The notes beneath the pieces were generated by a model. The model worked only from the letters and a program-made list of their open reading frames with translations, was not told where the DNA came from and did no database searches. A DNA stretch of 64,000 bases from Tubulanus polymorphus (lineage: Eukaryota; Animalia; Nemertea), in the NCBI RefSeq assembly GCF_964204645.1, contig NC_134026.1:14666150-14730149 (forward strand), read 5' to 3'. Both the position numbers and the translations under genes were made by a program. Below are positions 39,004-52,299 of the stretch, piece by piece; the first letter of the stretch is position 1, and every line of letters begins with the position of its first letter.

Positions 39004-41790
39004 TAGATTTTGAGACACCAGAAAGTCAAATGAATTAAAAGAACGATTAAATGAAATGAAAAAAGACGAAATTAAATGTAATGTTTGTAATGAATTTATA
39101 AGTAAAATGAATTATGGTAGACATCTTAAGTCACAAAAACATAAACAAAGTTTAAGTAAAAACATTTTAGGAACAGAATATTTTGATGATAAACCTCAAC
39201 AAGTAAAAAAATCTTTTTAAAAAACTAAATATATTTTAAATAAATCTTATATGGAAAATGTTAAAAATCATATAGCATCACTAGACATAAAAGATACGAT
39301 TGAAATTTTAGAAACAATACATAGTAAAATTGGCCCTGCAGCTAAAATATTTAGATTTTTTCAAGGTACAACATTAGAAGATTATAGTTAAATTATTAAA
39401 ATAATGGAAAAAATAATGGATCCTGTAACAAATGATGATGTTGAATATCCGGATAATAGTAGTATCTCTGGAAAAGTAAGTTTTATAAAGGCAGAAGAAA
39501 AAATGGAGTACAACATTCAAACACACTCTGAAGAAATAATTTCAAAAATACAAATAAAATAGAACTTATACAAAAAGTAATCATCAAAAAGTAATAAAAT
39601 GCTTACAAATGATTTAAACTTTACAACAGAAAAGGATACCATTTACAACAAAAGCAGTTATAAATTTTTTAGATGATTTGAATGTTTTTTAAAATGTTTT
39701 CTATGGTCGATTATAAGTTGTCTACATCCAACAGAAGGACATGTTTATAGAATAACAGATTATCGGAAATATGAATCATTATATAAGATTGATCAATACC
39801 CAATAACTATAAAAATGATACCTAAAAAGTTTATAATTCAAAAATAAATGTATTCGAATTAATGCAACTACTAGAGACAAAAGGTGAAAATATTAAAGAT
39901 TATACATTAGAAGCTTTATATCTAACAAAACATTATGAAGATGATGAAAATGTTATAGATTTATTATACTATAAAAAAGATGAAGATGAACATTATATGT
40001 GGTTAAAACAAATAGATTTATTCTTTAGAACAGAAAGTGAAGATTTATTCTTTAGAACAGAAAGTGATTTTAACAACCATCATAAAATGTATCTATGTAG
40101 AAAATGTTTATCTAAATCTAAATGACAGAGAACGCATTATTAAAACATAAAGAGTTTTGCGATAATAAAGATTTTTTGTAAATTAATAAAAAAGATTTTT
40201 ATAAATTAATAATGCCAACGGAAAAAGATCGTAAGTTGAAACTTACTAATCATGAATTTAAAAATATTGAACCATTTGTAATATATGGAGATTTTGAATC
40301 GTTGAATAAATAATTAACTGATCAACATATCAACATCAGGTGAATTCACCTCTGTTCATTAGAAGCGAAACTCGTGCGTCAAATAATTAGTTTACCTATA
40401 CAGTACTACTCGTCTCACTACTTATTTTAAATCTGGTTAACACGGCTACTCTACGAATATTGTTCATTATAGAATGTTAAAATTTTACTAGAGAACCATT
40501 ATTTCTTTTTTTAGAGAACCATATCTAAAACAGATTTTGAAAAAGACTTTTTTAAGTTAATGAATAATAGTTTTTATGGAAAAACTTGCGAGATTATTCG
40601 AAATAGAAATGATATTGAACTAGTAAATAATTCTGAACGATTGAGACACTTACAATCAAGTCCTAGACATCTAGGAAATAAAAGATTTGAATTATTTAAC
40701 AGCAATAAAATTAAAAAGAACGGCACTTTTATTTAAATATAAATATGAATATAACTGTTGGCCCAAGTATATGTTTTGGATTTGGTTTTAAACGTGAACA
40801 AGAAATGAAGTTTGATATCAACGATGTAATAACTCATATAAGAAATATTACATTTTATAATCACAACATTTGATTATGAAACAACAAAGATAAAGAAACT
40901 TACAATGTAGAAAAGATTGTTGATTTAATCAAAAAATAATAATTTAAGTATATGAAAATAAAACTAATGATATTATAAATGTTGAATTAATAATAACTAA
41001 GATAACTAAATATTTTGAAGCCGGTATTTTTTTTCTTAATAAATGATGGACCAGGAGTGGATAATAAATGGATCATATAATGGAGCATTAGTATCAGTTG
41101 GAACTGTCGGGTAAACGATGTTGTTAAAAAAGGTTTTAAGATAGGAAATATTAATGTTGATAGATTTGATATCAATGATGTTTTAGAATTAACATTAGCA
41201 GTTACTTTATCTAATCTAACGATTGATTATTCAGAAAAACAAAAACATATTCCTCCTATTGACACGTAATTTTTTTGTTAAATAAATGGCATCCGCAATT
41301 ATAACTATTATAGGATCAGCAATTGTTAACGCTTTAGCATTTACAGGTGGTGGATATTTATTTAAGCATATTGATAAAAATGGTTGATTAACCGAGCAAA
41401 GAGACATAATTTAGCTTTAGAAAAATAGAATAAAGCAGCAGAAAAATATAGAGAAACAAGACAAAATTATATGCATTATATTAATAAAGAATTATATAAT
41501 CAAAATATTTCACACCGTGATTTTCAATCAGTTGATAAAGCTATGAGTTTATATAATTCAGTAACGTGCAAACCGTGCAAAATTACATTCGTATAAACCC
41601 AAATTATCAGATTATTATACACCAAGTAAAGAACAACAACAATATGAAATAATTTGAATTTTAGGTGGAACAGTTGTTGAATTATTTGTTGCTTATAAAT
41701 TTATTAATTAATAATTGTGTTTTTTGAAAGTCATACTATTTTAAATGTTGAAATAATAATAAAAAAAATAAAAAAATATTTTGAAGATGG
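39004..41790 (+). pseudogene. Decayed Polinton segment: pPolB remnants plus downstream small genes (N-terminus at ~28790-28896, before the Zator)
   Basis: CNVC..HLKSQKH zinc finger, KCFLWSIISCLHP, PFVIYGDFES, FKLMNNSFYGKTCE; then MNITVGPSICFG (~40746) and MASAIITIIGSAIVNALAF (~41287), matching genes at 59.8-64 kb. Confidence 0.85.
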
Positions 41791-42849
41791 TAATTTTTTA
41801 GGCCAGCCGTAGGCTGAGCCTATTACTATACAAATGGAGCGAATTTAAATGACATGATTAAAGGCTGTTTGACTGTGCAACTGAGCATATATTCATACAA
41901 ATCATTCATTATGGCATTATCCATTATCCAACCCCTATGAAGCTGAATTTTGAAAGAGGGCCTCATTAAAATTCATATGAGCATTTTCGCAAAAATCTGA
42001 TCGCAAAAATATCGGTTTTAAAAAGCCAATCAGAAAGCAAAGACTCCTCTATGATTGGCTTAGCCGCAGCGATCATCAGGTGTTCACGTGAATCCGCGGT
42101 ATCGTCTACCGTTTTACTTCCTGGTTTTATTTTAAGATCCAATATTGTATTCCAATATCGATTTCTGTGAAATCTTTTGTTAATTTGGTTTTTTGGAGGA
42201 ATATTTTTATTTTCCCTACAGATAATATCATTGACAATTGTGCACAGTCCGGGAAAATAGCTTTTTCTCAAATCGGATGGATGACCTTGATATGCTAATT
42301 AGCCATGTGCTCAAATTGCAAATTCAATCTAAATTTGTTCTGCAAAAAATATCAAATCCAATTCGATTTTATTTTATTGAACAAGGTAAAACAGCAAATC
42401 CAATTCGATTTTGTTTTATTGAGCAAATTTCAGAAAATACAATTCTATTCCGTGTTTAAATAAATACGATCAAAGGAAAATATTTATCTGAGGTATTTGT
42501 TCCTGGTAGCTCCAGTTGCTGTCTGTGCTACTTATGAAAACACGATTGAATTGTGTAAATTATTAGCCTGGGATTGACTAGTCTATGAGCTGGGAGTGTA
42601 TTTGGACAAATCTAACCCACACAATGCATCATTTGCCATTTTATGAAAAGCTGACAGGCTGGCCATAGTGCCCCTTGAGGCTCTTGTTTTCTTAATAAAT
42701 GGTGGACCAGAAGTTTTTGATAAATGGATTATGTAATGGAGCATCATTAACAGTTAGTACCGTTGGGTATACAATGTTATGGAAGAAAGTAATTAAAATA
42801 GGAAATATTAATGTTGATAGCGTTGATATAAATGATATTTTGAAATTAA

Positions 42850-45800
42850 AGGAATTGTGACAGGTTTTTATCTGACTGAATTCTCATATGATTTTTACTT
42901 CACATATTTGTCAAATGACCCAAGATTGAGTCGAAGAAGAAATCATGCAACACTTGACTGTGAGACTAATTCAAATTATTACTCGTTAAACTAGTTAAAA
43001 TATCGGCAATCATCGGCAATCTTCGGCTGTGACGTCACGTCGTGAACGCGCAGCCGGCACGCTTAAAACAATAGGCGCCATGTTTTGTAAAAATGCCGAG
43101 ACGCTGCGTGTATTTTGGCTGCACTAAGCAGGACAACAACCTTTTTCAATGGCCTGCTAATTCTATTACTGCGAAGCAATTGACCAAGTTCGTTCAAACC
43201 AAGCGTCGAAACTGGAAAGCGGCTACGAGCAAAACTAAAAGCCTTTTGTGTGCAAGACATTTCAAGGATAAAAACGTCAGCAACTCAATGAAGTATAGAG
43301 CTGGATTTGCGAAATGCTAAATCTTTTGATTTTTTTTTAGCAAAATACAATTGAATCAAATATAAGCCTTTGCTATCACCAGTCAATTATACTTAGGGTC
43401 CAAACTTCAATAACTAATCACTAAATGTTCGAAATAGTAGGCCTATTTGAATTTAACGGCCGCGCGCGCTCCTCTCCAGCGGGCTTGTATTGTGTGTTAA
43501 TGATACACCGTTGGCGTTGTGCTGTGTATTGAATACGGTGTGTACAGGCAGCATGGGGATCCGTCAATGTCAATGATAGTATAAGTAGACAATGTTTTTC
43601 ACACGGAACACAGACAGATGTCAGTTGCGACATGAAAAATAATATTCTCTTAATTCGATAGCCCTACAGTACAGACGTTTGCTTTGTTAATCTTAAATTT
43701 TACTACTGCATCTTTTAAGTTATTGAAATAATTCATCATTTCTGTGACTCTGAGTATTTCTTAATTACTTGGAAGCTCAACCATTGATTAGTGGAATTTT
43801 TCTTTGAGTAGTTTCTTTGCCTGGTAGTAGGCCCTACTGGCAGACCTTGTTTCAATTTAAGTTTAACTTCATTCTTCAGGTTGATTCTCAATAAGGATGC
43901 AGTACCTACTAGACACACCCAAGACATCCACAATCCAGAAGAATCTACTGCTGGACCATCTGACTTTTTTTCTCCCCTTAACAAAAAGGGGCGGACTGCA
44001 TTTGAAAAAAGAAGGATTCAGGAAATAATGGAAAGCCAACCCTCTTGTGATAGTGAGATGCCTACCGAAGAATTCCAACCAGATGAAGATGGAAATGTTA
44101 TATTTACCCCGATGAAAACCTTACACGGTCATGTCAAACTGAAAACAATCTGAAGTCAGTCGGTATGTCTAGCAATGTCGAAAATTTCTTGGGTGGTGGA
44201 TGTCTTTGAAGTACATTGTTTTATCTTCAGGGAAGGTTCATGCAGGACCAGCGGCGGATTTAGCCTACCGCACTTGCCGCTAATGCGGTAGTCAACATTT
44301 TTCCTCTAACAACATTTTTTTGTTACTTTATTGTGTGGTGGGAGCAGGCCAAAAATATGTCGGATTCAGTTGGGCTTGAGCTACAGAAGCCACGGACCTG
44401 TAATAGGCAGGTCCATCGACCAAATGCTGCTTCCAACTCTACGGAAGAATATTATGAGCGAAATGTTGCCATACCCTTTATGGATGGAGTCGGTAGTGGT
44501 TGAACGATCGCTTCAGCAATGAGGTAAAAGGATCAGTTGAAGGATTTAAAATTATTCCATCGCTGATGAAAAATATGACGGAGGATCAATTCAAACTTTC
44601 TGCTACCTCGTTTGCCTCCTTGTGTCAGAGGTTCCTACCCTCACCACCCTCTGAGCTTGATCTATGGTATCAAAAATGGAAGTCAGAAACTGATGTTCCA
44701 GATTCAGTCTCCAAGTCACTAATGGAGGCAGACCCTGTTATATACTCGAACATCTGCAAAATGTTAAAGATTTTAGGTGCGATGCCTGTTACTAGTTGCG
44801 AGCGTGATAGATCCTTCTCTACGCTGAAAACAATAAAAACATACAAACGATCCACTATGACAGAGGACCGTCTGAATGGACTTGCTCTGATGTACAGCTA
44901 TCCAAATGTGAACTTGGATTATCAGGAAATTGTGGATGACCCAGGAGAATGATTCTCCGGGATATCCTAGAATAAGAATACACTAAAGAATCATTATACC
45001 TAGTCAGGTAGTATTAATATAAAACATTTCAAAGATAAAATGGAACATGAATGGATAAATATATATGATAAAGTGTACAGTTTCATATTTTTTTTGTATT
45101 CTGACGTTGTAATAAACATTAATGCATACTGTATCTTAATTTTTAATACAATATTTATTTCATTGATGGATTTGACTTAGCTGATTCCTTGGAAAAAAGT
45201 ACCCATATTAAAACAGGATTTTTCTCTTTTTCCCAGGAAATGTCATCTCAGCCCTTTAAATTTTTCAAAATTATCCAATGGTCCCTGATAAAACCCATGC
45301 ATTGCCAAGTGCCAATTCCCCAATTTCCAGGTAAACCCCCTCCAATGATCCTAGATTAACCCATGGGGTTTTTATAAGTATGTATTGAAGAATATGAACT
45401 ATATTTAATTTCTTCTGAAATTTTGCTTTCAGAATGCAAACACTGAAGTGGGTGCTCGACTAAACCTCGTCGTGTTGTTCAACTTCTGCGGAAGAGAAGG
45501 TCCAAAAGGTCTGTTGGGATCCAGTGTAGACGAAGATGTAGTTGCAAACAGGGGGAAAAAGACCGAGGACACACAGTTTGTCCGAATCTTATGACTCAGA
45601 ATCAGAATTGTCCAGTGATAACGACGCTAGCTACAATGCCAGTCCTCGTCAAACAGCTCAGCCTAGATGCAAAAGTGCAGTATTTGACGAAATGATGTAA
45701 GCATAATTATATAAAAGTCTTCTATTTGATATTGAATCATGATCAAAACATTATTTTTAAGAGTTACTTTAATATAACCGAAATATATAAAGTATTCTTA

Positions 45801-47580
45801 CAAATTCAATGAGACACTGTATTTGTGTTTTACTTGCTTTTGATTGCTCTTTTCAAGACCAAAGCAAATTCATAGTTTTCCAGTCAATGCTCATGGCCAT
45901 TTTCACTTATTGTGTATTGTGCAGAGGGAAAAATAAGACAATCAGCAACGTAATCGGTTCTCTTCTCATTGTAAAGACAGAGTGTACTCGGTGTTCACAC
46001 ACGTATGAATGGAGAAATCAACCAACTATAAGAGGATACCTGTAGTGAATATTCTCATTAGCTCCCTGACAGTCCTGACTGGAAATCTTCAATCTAAAAT
46101 CTTATAACTATTTCGGTGAGTCTAAAATTTAGTGCGTCTATATAAACAAATGAGGATACCATGGATACGAACTTTATTTCTCTCAAACATCTAGGTTTAT
46201 GGGAATCAAACGCTTGAGCGCGCGAAGTTTTTTTTCGTCATCAGAGAAAATACATAGATAGAGCCATTTCTACAGTATGGAGGCAGTGGCAAGAGACTTT
46301 CCTGAATGAACGGAAAAATTCAGCCCTACTCATAGGTGGCGATGGAAGATGCGACTCGGTAGGCTACTCGGCGAAGTATGGTCTATACACAGTGATGGAT
46401 TTATTGAAGAATAAAATCCTTTGCATGGAACTTGTACAGGTTAGATCTTGATAAAGTTTTATGATTTCATAAACTGTTTGATATTATGAAAATAGCCTGG
46501 AAAAACTTATTAAATTTATTTTTGTTAATTTTTTAAAGAGCAATGAGGTGAAATCTTCCAACAACATGGAAAAAGAAGGTTTAATTAGGTGCTATGAAAA
46601 CGTTTTGAAAGACTTCAAACTCCAGGCTTTGATAACTGACATGCATCCACGGATTAGTAAATGGGTGCGAGAAACATGGAAAATTCCGCATTATTATGAC
46701 TGCTGGCACGTTGTTAAGGGTGAGTTAAAATTTTCTTAATTGAAAATTAACTTTTGAAACAAAATTTGTTTTCATTGAAAATAAATTTGAATCAAACATT
46801 TCAATACACTTTACTTGGTCCCAAATTGGTAAAATATTTAATGGCTAATTCGTTATGGCATTAACCAAAAAGATGGATAAACTAGGGAATAGGAAAGGCA
46901 TGGGGATTGTCAAGGAATGGATACAAAGTATCAAATGCCACCTTTATTGGTGTGCATTATCAACCGACATAGGAAACCATGACGATATTAAGAAAAAGTG
47001 GTTATCATGTCCGGAGCACGTCCAGAATATCCATGACAAATGTCTCCATGAGCCTTATGAAAAGAAAAAGAAATGGTTAACTGTTGGTAAGTGTACAACT
47101 GTTTGGGATAGAAAGTTACTGGAAATACAGTCTAGACTCAAACTTTGATTATCCACCTGAAAAGAGGTCATTATTTCCGATGAAATTTAACTGTAAATGA
47201 GAAGGATTTGACCGGGGATTTTTTTTTTCGTACGTAACAAGCGATGGTTCGTTAGTTTCGAGGTCGTTAGAGCGAGGTTCCACTGTATCTCCAGTGCCTT
47301 CAATTTAGTTCATTTGTAAATTATTCAAAAAGTTCTTTTCCACTCTTTGTTACCAACACAGTTTTCCCATAAGGAAAATCCATCATACAACATGTATAAA
47401 ATCATTGCTGCTACATTTCCATTCCAGGATCAAGACCAGCATCTGAACTGGAAGAACTTCTGACAAATACATGAACCGTAAATCAAATCGCCAAGATGTC
47501 AACATACGGACAAACTGCCAACATAGAATGCTAGTGTCCTAGTGTCCTTAACCACTTCGCTCCGAAGATGATCCATTTTC
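42850..47580 (+). mobile_element. Kolobok-type DNA transposon with THAP domain (spliced, decayed)
   Basis: Starts TTAA|AGGAATTGTGACAGG within a Polinton scrap (42685-42849); THAP MPRRCVYFGC...LCARHF (43093) and DAVPT (~43900); GDGRCDS.GYSAKYG (~46335), LITDMH, YDCWHVVK, HLYWC, HFAPK; right end not seen. Confidence 0.75.
44249..45272 (+). mobile_element. Second copy of deleted hAT element, inserted in Kolobok
   Basis: CAGCGGCGGATTTAGCCTACCGC terminus; ORF 44500-44952 with hAT dimerization motif; near-identical to the reverse complement of 37460-38421. Confidence 0.85.
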
Positions 47581-48330
47581 TATCTCGGGCCAAGCCCGAG
47601 ATGTTGTAATGGGTCCAAAAATCGAATTTTTGCCAACGAATGAGGTAATAACTTTGACACGAAGTCATGCAATCTACTATGTTTATGTGCAAAATGTAGC
47701 TTCATCCTGCGGCTTAAATCTGTTGGAAATGGAATTTTGAATATCACGTTCATTCAAGAGAAATCGACGAATTTGTGGCGATTTCTAAAGAAATTTCAAG
47801 GAACATTTTGTTTTATAAAACGGCTAGAAGGCCGATGTACAACGTTACATTGAAGTAAAATAACTGCTCCCTGCGGTTGGCTGAGCTCCCGCTGACAATC
47901 AATGTGAGGGCATATTCGATTGACGCGGACAAACCGGTCTTTTAATCTTCTCATCTATTAATCTGCTCGGTTCTAGTTTCTCAATTCCCAGTCATGGGAG
48001 AGTCTTATATGTTTATTTTTAATTTGATAGCCGTAGTATCGATTCCGTCTCCCAATATCTATTTCATTATGCAAATAACCGAAGATTCAATCGATACGCT
48101 ACTACACGGAAGATTATGCGCGCAAAATCGAATAGGCCCAAACTTCGTGTATTGCCGCGATGATTGCTGATAAGATTTCGATGATTTTGTTCACCGAAAT
48201 CAGCAGATTTTACACATCCATTAAGTGTTCAAGGAAAACCTTAAAGATGCATCAATCAGATGGCGCCTATACATTACAAAAATAACATTCTGCGCCCGAC
48301 ATATTAAGATCTGTGGATCTCTTGTCTTTC
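47580..48330 (+). mobile_element. Possible second Helentron/DINE-like non-autonomous element
   Basis: Palindromic start ATCTCGGGCCAAGCCCGAGAT and terminal hairpin AGATCTGTGGATCT before a T-rich flank; truncates the Kolobok ORF. Confidence 0.4.
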
Positions 48331-48396
48331 AGATGATTGTTATTAAGGCAAGTATACACTCTTAACATCTACGATAAATCACTAACATGTGATATC

Positions 48397-48802
48397 AGTA
48401 ATAGGGGTAATGGGCTTTCAGGCCAAAGGTCGAACGGTCGAGCCCATTAAAAAACAAAATATTAAAAGTAATTAAAAAACTATAATATATTTTCATAACC
48501 ACGTGTATTTTATATCAAAACTAAATATTTATTCTAAGATATCAATAATATAAAAAGCATATTGTATTAAATCAATTGGTCGCTCCGCTTCGCCACCGCT
48601 CCGCTCCGCGACCAATTGATTTAATTACAATACACAAATTCAAATAATCAAATATATTCAAATGATAATAATTATTCTATTATTCAACTGAAATGCACGC
48701 GGTTATGAAAATATATTATAGTTTTTTAATTACTTTTAATATATGTTATTAATGAACTCGATCATTAAACCTTTAGCTTGAAAGCCCATTACCCCTATTA
48801 CT
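48397..48802. repeat. ~405-bp foldback at the Polinton left end
   Basis: AGTAATAGGGGTAATGGGCTTTCA...CACGTGTATT is inverted at 48692-48802; inner hairpin ATTAAATCAATTGGTCGC...GCGACCAATTGATTTAAT. Confidence 0.85.
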
Positions 48803-49828
48803 CTTAAAATATTCATATATATATGAATAACATTTAAATCATTGAACTTCTAAAATCAATTTTAATAAAAAATATAGTATTAAAATGGAAGCAAATAAGT
48901 ACTACTGCCCAACATGTAATATCGATATAGATAAATCCCAAAAAGCAAGACACAATAAAACTAGAACACATTTAGAGAATAAATTGAAACTAGAATATTT
49001 ACAGTTATATTCAGAACAGTTAACAAAAGGAAAGAAATTTATTGAATTATGGAACACTGATCCAAATAATGAACAATACGTTGAGGATACGATGTTTATA
49101 CTAGAACATGATTCTATTTGAGACTATATACATTCAATGTACAGAGCTATAGAATAAATCTATAAATTCGCAGCTGTTACGGTTGTTACTATAACAACGA
49201 GACATTATGACACGTCATAATCAGAAACGTGTAGAACACTCTAGAACCGGAACTAGATGACGTGGCATAATCAACGACGTGTCATTCTAGAAATCGCCCC
49301 GGAAATGGATATACGCTGTAATATTGTGCTCAGGATATTCTATCTTTCGAAACGAAATAAGGAGTTTATAGTTTACAATTATAGATCTAAATGTAAGTAC
49401 TGTTTGTTGTAGTTATTAAGGTTATTAAATATGAAACCTTTAGATATATTTAAGTGTATTTAGTATATATTTTAGATAGCTAGAGTTACCGCTAATATCT
49501 TTTAGATTAGTAAAACACCATACGCATCAAGAAGTGATAGAGAAACTCAAGATACTCTTTCTGCCTGAGGAATCAACAGCAATGGATATCGAACCAATAG
49601 AAACTGGTGTAGAATCACCAAAAGATCGACGAAGAAACTATATAAGAATTTCAAAAACATTAAGACTCCAATGATTAAGTTTAACATTTGTTGATGTAGT
49701 TAAATATTTACCAGCAATTGAAAAAATGTTTGTAATTATAAATTGTATTTATAGAAATCAAATGATGTATTAGAAGAAATGACTGAACAACTTGTATAAT
49801 GTATTGTGTAAATCTGATTGATGAATTT

Positions 49829-50300
49829 TTATGTTCGGTCGTTTCTATTCAGAATGAATATATAATTATGATTAGCGCATGCGCATTAAGCAAAAGCGCT
49901 CATATAAGAGCGGTTTTGCCTAATGCGAACACGTTTTGATATTTTATGTCGGTTGTTTCTATTTACATAATTATATATTCATTATGTAAATATAATTATG
50001 ATTAACGCATGCGCATTGATCAAAAACGCTCCTATAAGAGCGGTTTTGCCTAGTGCACATGCGTTTGAATTTTCTATGTTCAGTTGTTTCTATTTCACAG
50101 AATGAATATATAATTATGATTAACGCATGCGCATTGATCAAAAACGCTCCTATAAGAGCGGTTTTGCTTAGTGCGAACACGTTTAGATATTTTATGTCGG
50201 TCGTTTCTATTTTACAGAATTTACAGAATGAATATATAATTATGATTAACGCATGCGCATTAAGCAAAAGCGCTCCTATAAGAGCGGTTTTGCCCAGTGG
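49829..50300. repeat. Four ~115-130-bp tandem repeats with internal palindromes
   Basis: Each unit has (A/G)CGCATGCGC and the hairpin CAAAA(G/A)CGCTC-(C/A)TATAA-GAGCGGTTTTG. Confidence 0.9.
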
Positions 50301-50432
50301 TATTATTTAGATATCAAGGAATCGAAACAACTTATCAAAAGCAGCGAGGAATGAAAAAGGATGACGTTGGTCGAAGAAATGGAAGAGGATTCTAAAATAT
50401 TAACCAATTTAGTAAAAAAATATGTATAATAA

Positions 50433-51098
50433 ATGGAACCAGAACAACCACAAACTATCAATATTACAAATAACACTGGCGTTATAAACATATATTACAA
50501 GAAGTGTTCTAAATGTGAATTAAATAAATCATTAACAGAATTTAGTAAGCCTAAGATTAGCAAAGATGGTTTTCAATATTGTTGTAAAACTTGTACTAAA
50601 CTATACACCAAACAATATCGAGAAGATAATATAAAACATTATAATTATTATATGACAAAATATATGAGAGAAAGATATCAAACAGATCTTAATTTTAGAT
50701 TGAAACAATGCTTAAGGACTAGATTAACACATATATTCAACAAAGAAACACATTCAGAAACATTAACTAATTTGTTGGGTTGTTCAGATGAATTTCTCAA
50801 ATCATGGATTATATTTCAATTCGATGATAAAATGAATATAGATAATTATGGGGATTATTACCACATTGATCACGTGTTACCAATATCTAAATTTAACATG
50901 AATGATGAATATAATAAAAAACTTATTTGGGGTTGGAAAAATTTAAGGCCTTTAGAAAAGAAAGAAAATCAAATCAAATCTAATAAACTAGATTTACAGT
51001 TATATTTAGAACAGTTAACAAAAGCAAAGAAATTTATTGATCAATGGAATAATAATCCAAATAATGAACAATATGTTGAATCTTTATTGAGTGGTTAA
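50433..51098 (+). CDS. HNH-like endonuclease with N-terminal Cys cluster (Polinton)
   Basis: CSKC...CKTC, YHIDHVLPIS...WKNLRPL...EN..K. Confidence 0.75.
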   Translation: MEPEQPQTINITNNTGVINIYYKKCSKCELNKSLTEFSKPKISKDGFQYCCKTCTKLYTKQYREDNIKHYNYYMTKYMRERYQTDLNFRLKQCLRTRLTHIFNKETHSETLTNLLGCSDEFLKSWIIFQFDDKMNIDNYGDYYHIDHVLPISKFNMNDEYNKKLIWGWKNLRPLEKKENQIKSNKLDLQLYLEQLTKAKKFIDQWNNNPNNEQYVESLLSG

Positions 51099-51323
51099 AG
51101 ATTAATATATCTCAAATAAAATATAATAAAAATTACATACCTTCAACTATCTATTATTTCTATTTTAATTTTTAATATTTTCTTTTCAAAAGAGAATACT
51201 TTATATCACAAATAAAAAATAATAAAAAAACAATAACTAATACTAGAATTCTTTAACTTTAACTAGCTAGTATCATTTGAAGAATACTTATAATACTATT
51301 CTTATTAAATTTCTCTAATATAA

Positions 51324-51929
51324 ATGTCTAAGAAATCGAATAAGAATAATGTTAAAGTTGAAAAAACTTTGGAAGATTTAAGTTTAACGGATGATAATGA
51401 TAATGTGGTAACTAAATGTGATAATAAAATTGATAGTAATATTGATTACGAGTACTATTTATATTGTAAGCATCATCTAGAACTATTGATTGCGAGTGGA
51501 AAAACTAAAGAGTTTATTGGTAAAACAATAACTTTTCAAGAATTAGATAATATGAATAAAGAAAAAGTAATCAAATATTTTAAGATTTATGAAGAAGCTC
51601 GATTAGCTAGAATAAATGATTCTATTTCAGATGGTATTATCAAATGTTATTCAAAATTATGTAACCAGTTAATACCAATTGATGATGAAAATAAATTATA
51701 TAATGATTTGAAAAATGACTATTTAGTTATGACTGAATTACAAAAATGGGTTGGTTATGCTTCATTTCAATTAGGATCGGTTATGACATTAATTTCTACT
51801 GGCGTCATAACATTTTCGAACATCAAACCTATGGAATATAAATCAGGTAAGAACGAAACAGATGTACTACAACAAAACGTCGAAACAGAAAATGAATCAG
51901 AACAAAAATTAACTAAAATAAATGAGTGA
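51324..51929 (+). CDS. Polinton hypothetical protein
   Basis: 201-aa ORF with TAAATG start; conserved in the copy at 22929-23471. Confidence 0.8.
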   Translation: MSKKSNKNNVKVEKTLEDLSLTDDNDNVVTKCDNKIDSNIDYEYYLYCKHHLELLIASGKTKEFIGKTITFQELDNMNKEKVIKYFKIYEEARLARINDSISDGIIKCYSKLCNQLIPIDDENKLYNDLKNDYLVMTELQKWVGYASFQLGSVMTLISTGVITFSNIKPMEYKSGKNETDVLQQNVETENESEQKLTKINE

Positions 51930-52296
51930 AGGAGTTAAGAAAAAGGCTAGATCCGAGAAACAAATTAAATGGGCAAGAGAATTAGGTAAAAGATCATCAG
52001 AATTTAAAAAAGCTAAGAAAAAGAAATTAACTGATATAAATGAATCACCTGATGATGCCGTACGGCACCCACACGGCGGTATTGATTCAAATAATAATCC
52101 ATCTAATTCTTCTAATAGTGGAAGTAATAATAAATTATATATTACAATTGGGTTAATCACAATTATTATATTATCCGGTGTAATATATAAATCAAAATTC
52201 AAATCCGATGATAAAGATGATTCTAATGATAATAAACCTATCATACCAGAAAATAAATCAAATGAAAATAAATCTAAAATATTATTAATGGATTAA
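51922..52296 (+). CDS. Polinton small basic protein with one predicted TM helix
   Basis: 124 aa; hydrophobic LYITIGLITIIILSGVIY; conserved in decayed copy. Confidence 0.75.
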   Translation: MSEGVKKKARSEKQIKWARELGKRSSEFKKAKKKKLTDINESPDDAVRHPHGGIDSNNNPSNSSNSGSNNKLYITIGLITIIILSGVIYKSKFKSDDKDDSNDNKPIIPENKSNENKSKILLMD

Positions 52297-52299
52297 AAT

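Noticed and set aside
43093-43320. Host THAP-domain gene
   Set aside because: Directly linked to Kolobok transposase motifs and a TTAA terminus, and disrupted
49971-50310. ORFs on both strands
   Set aside because: They arise from the palindromic tandem array
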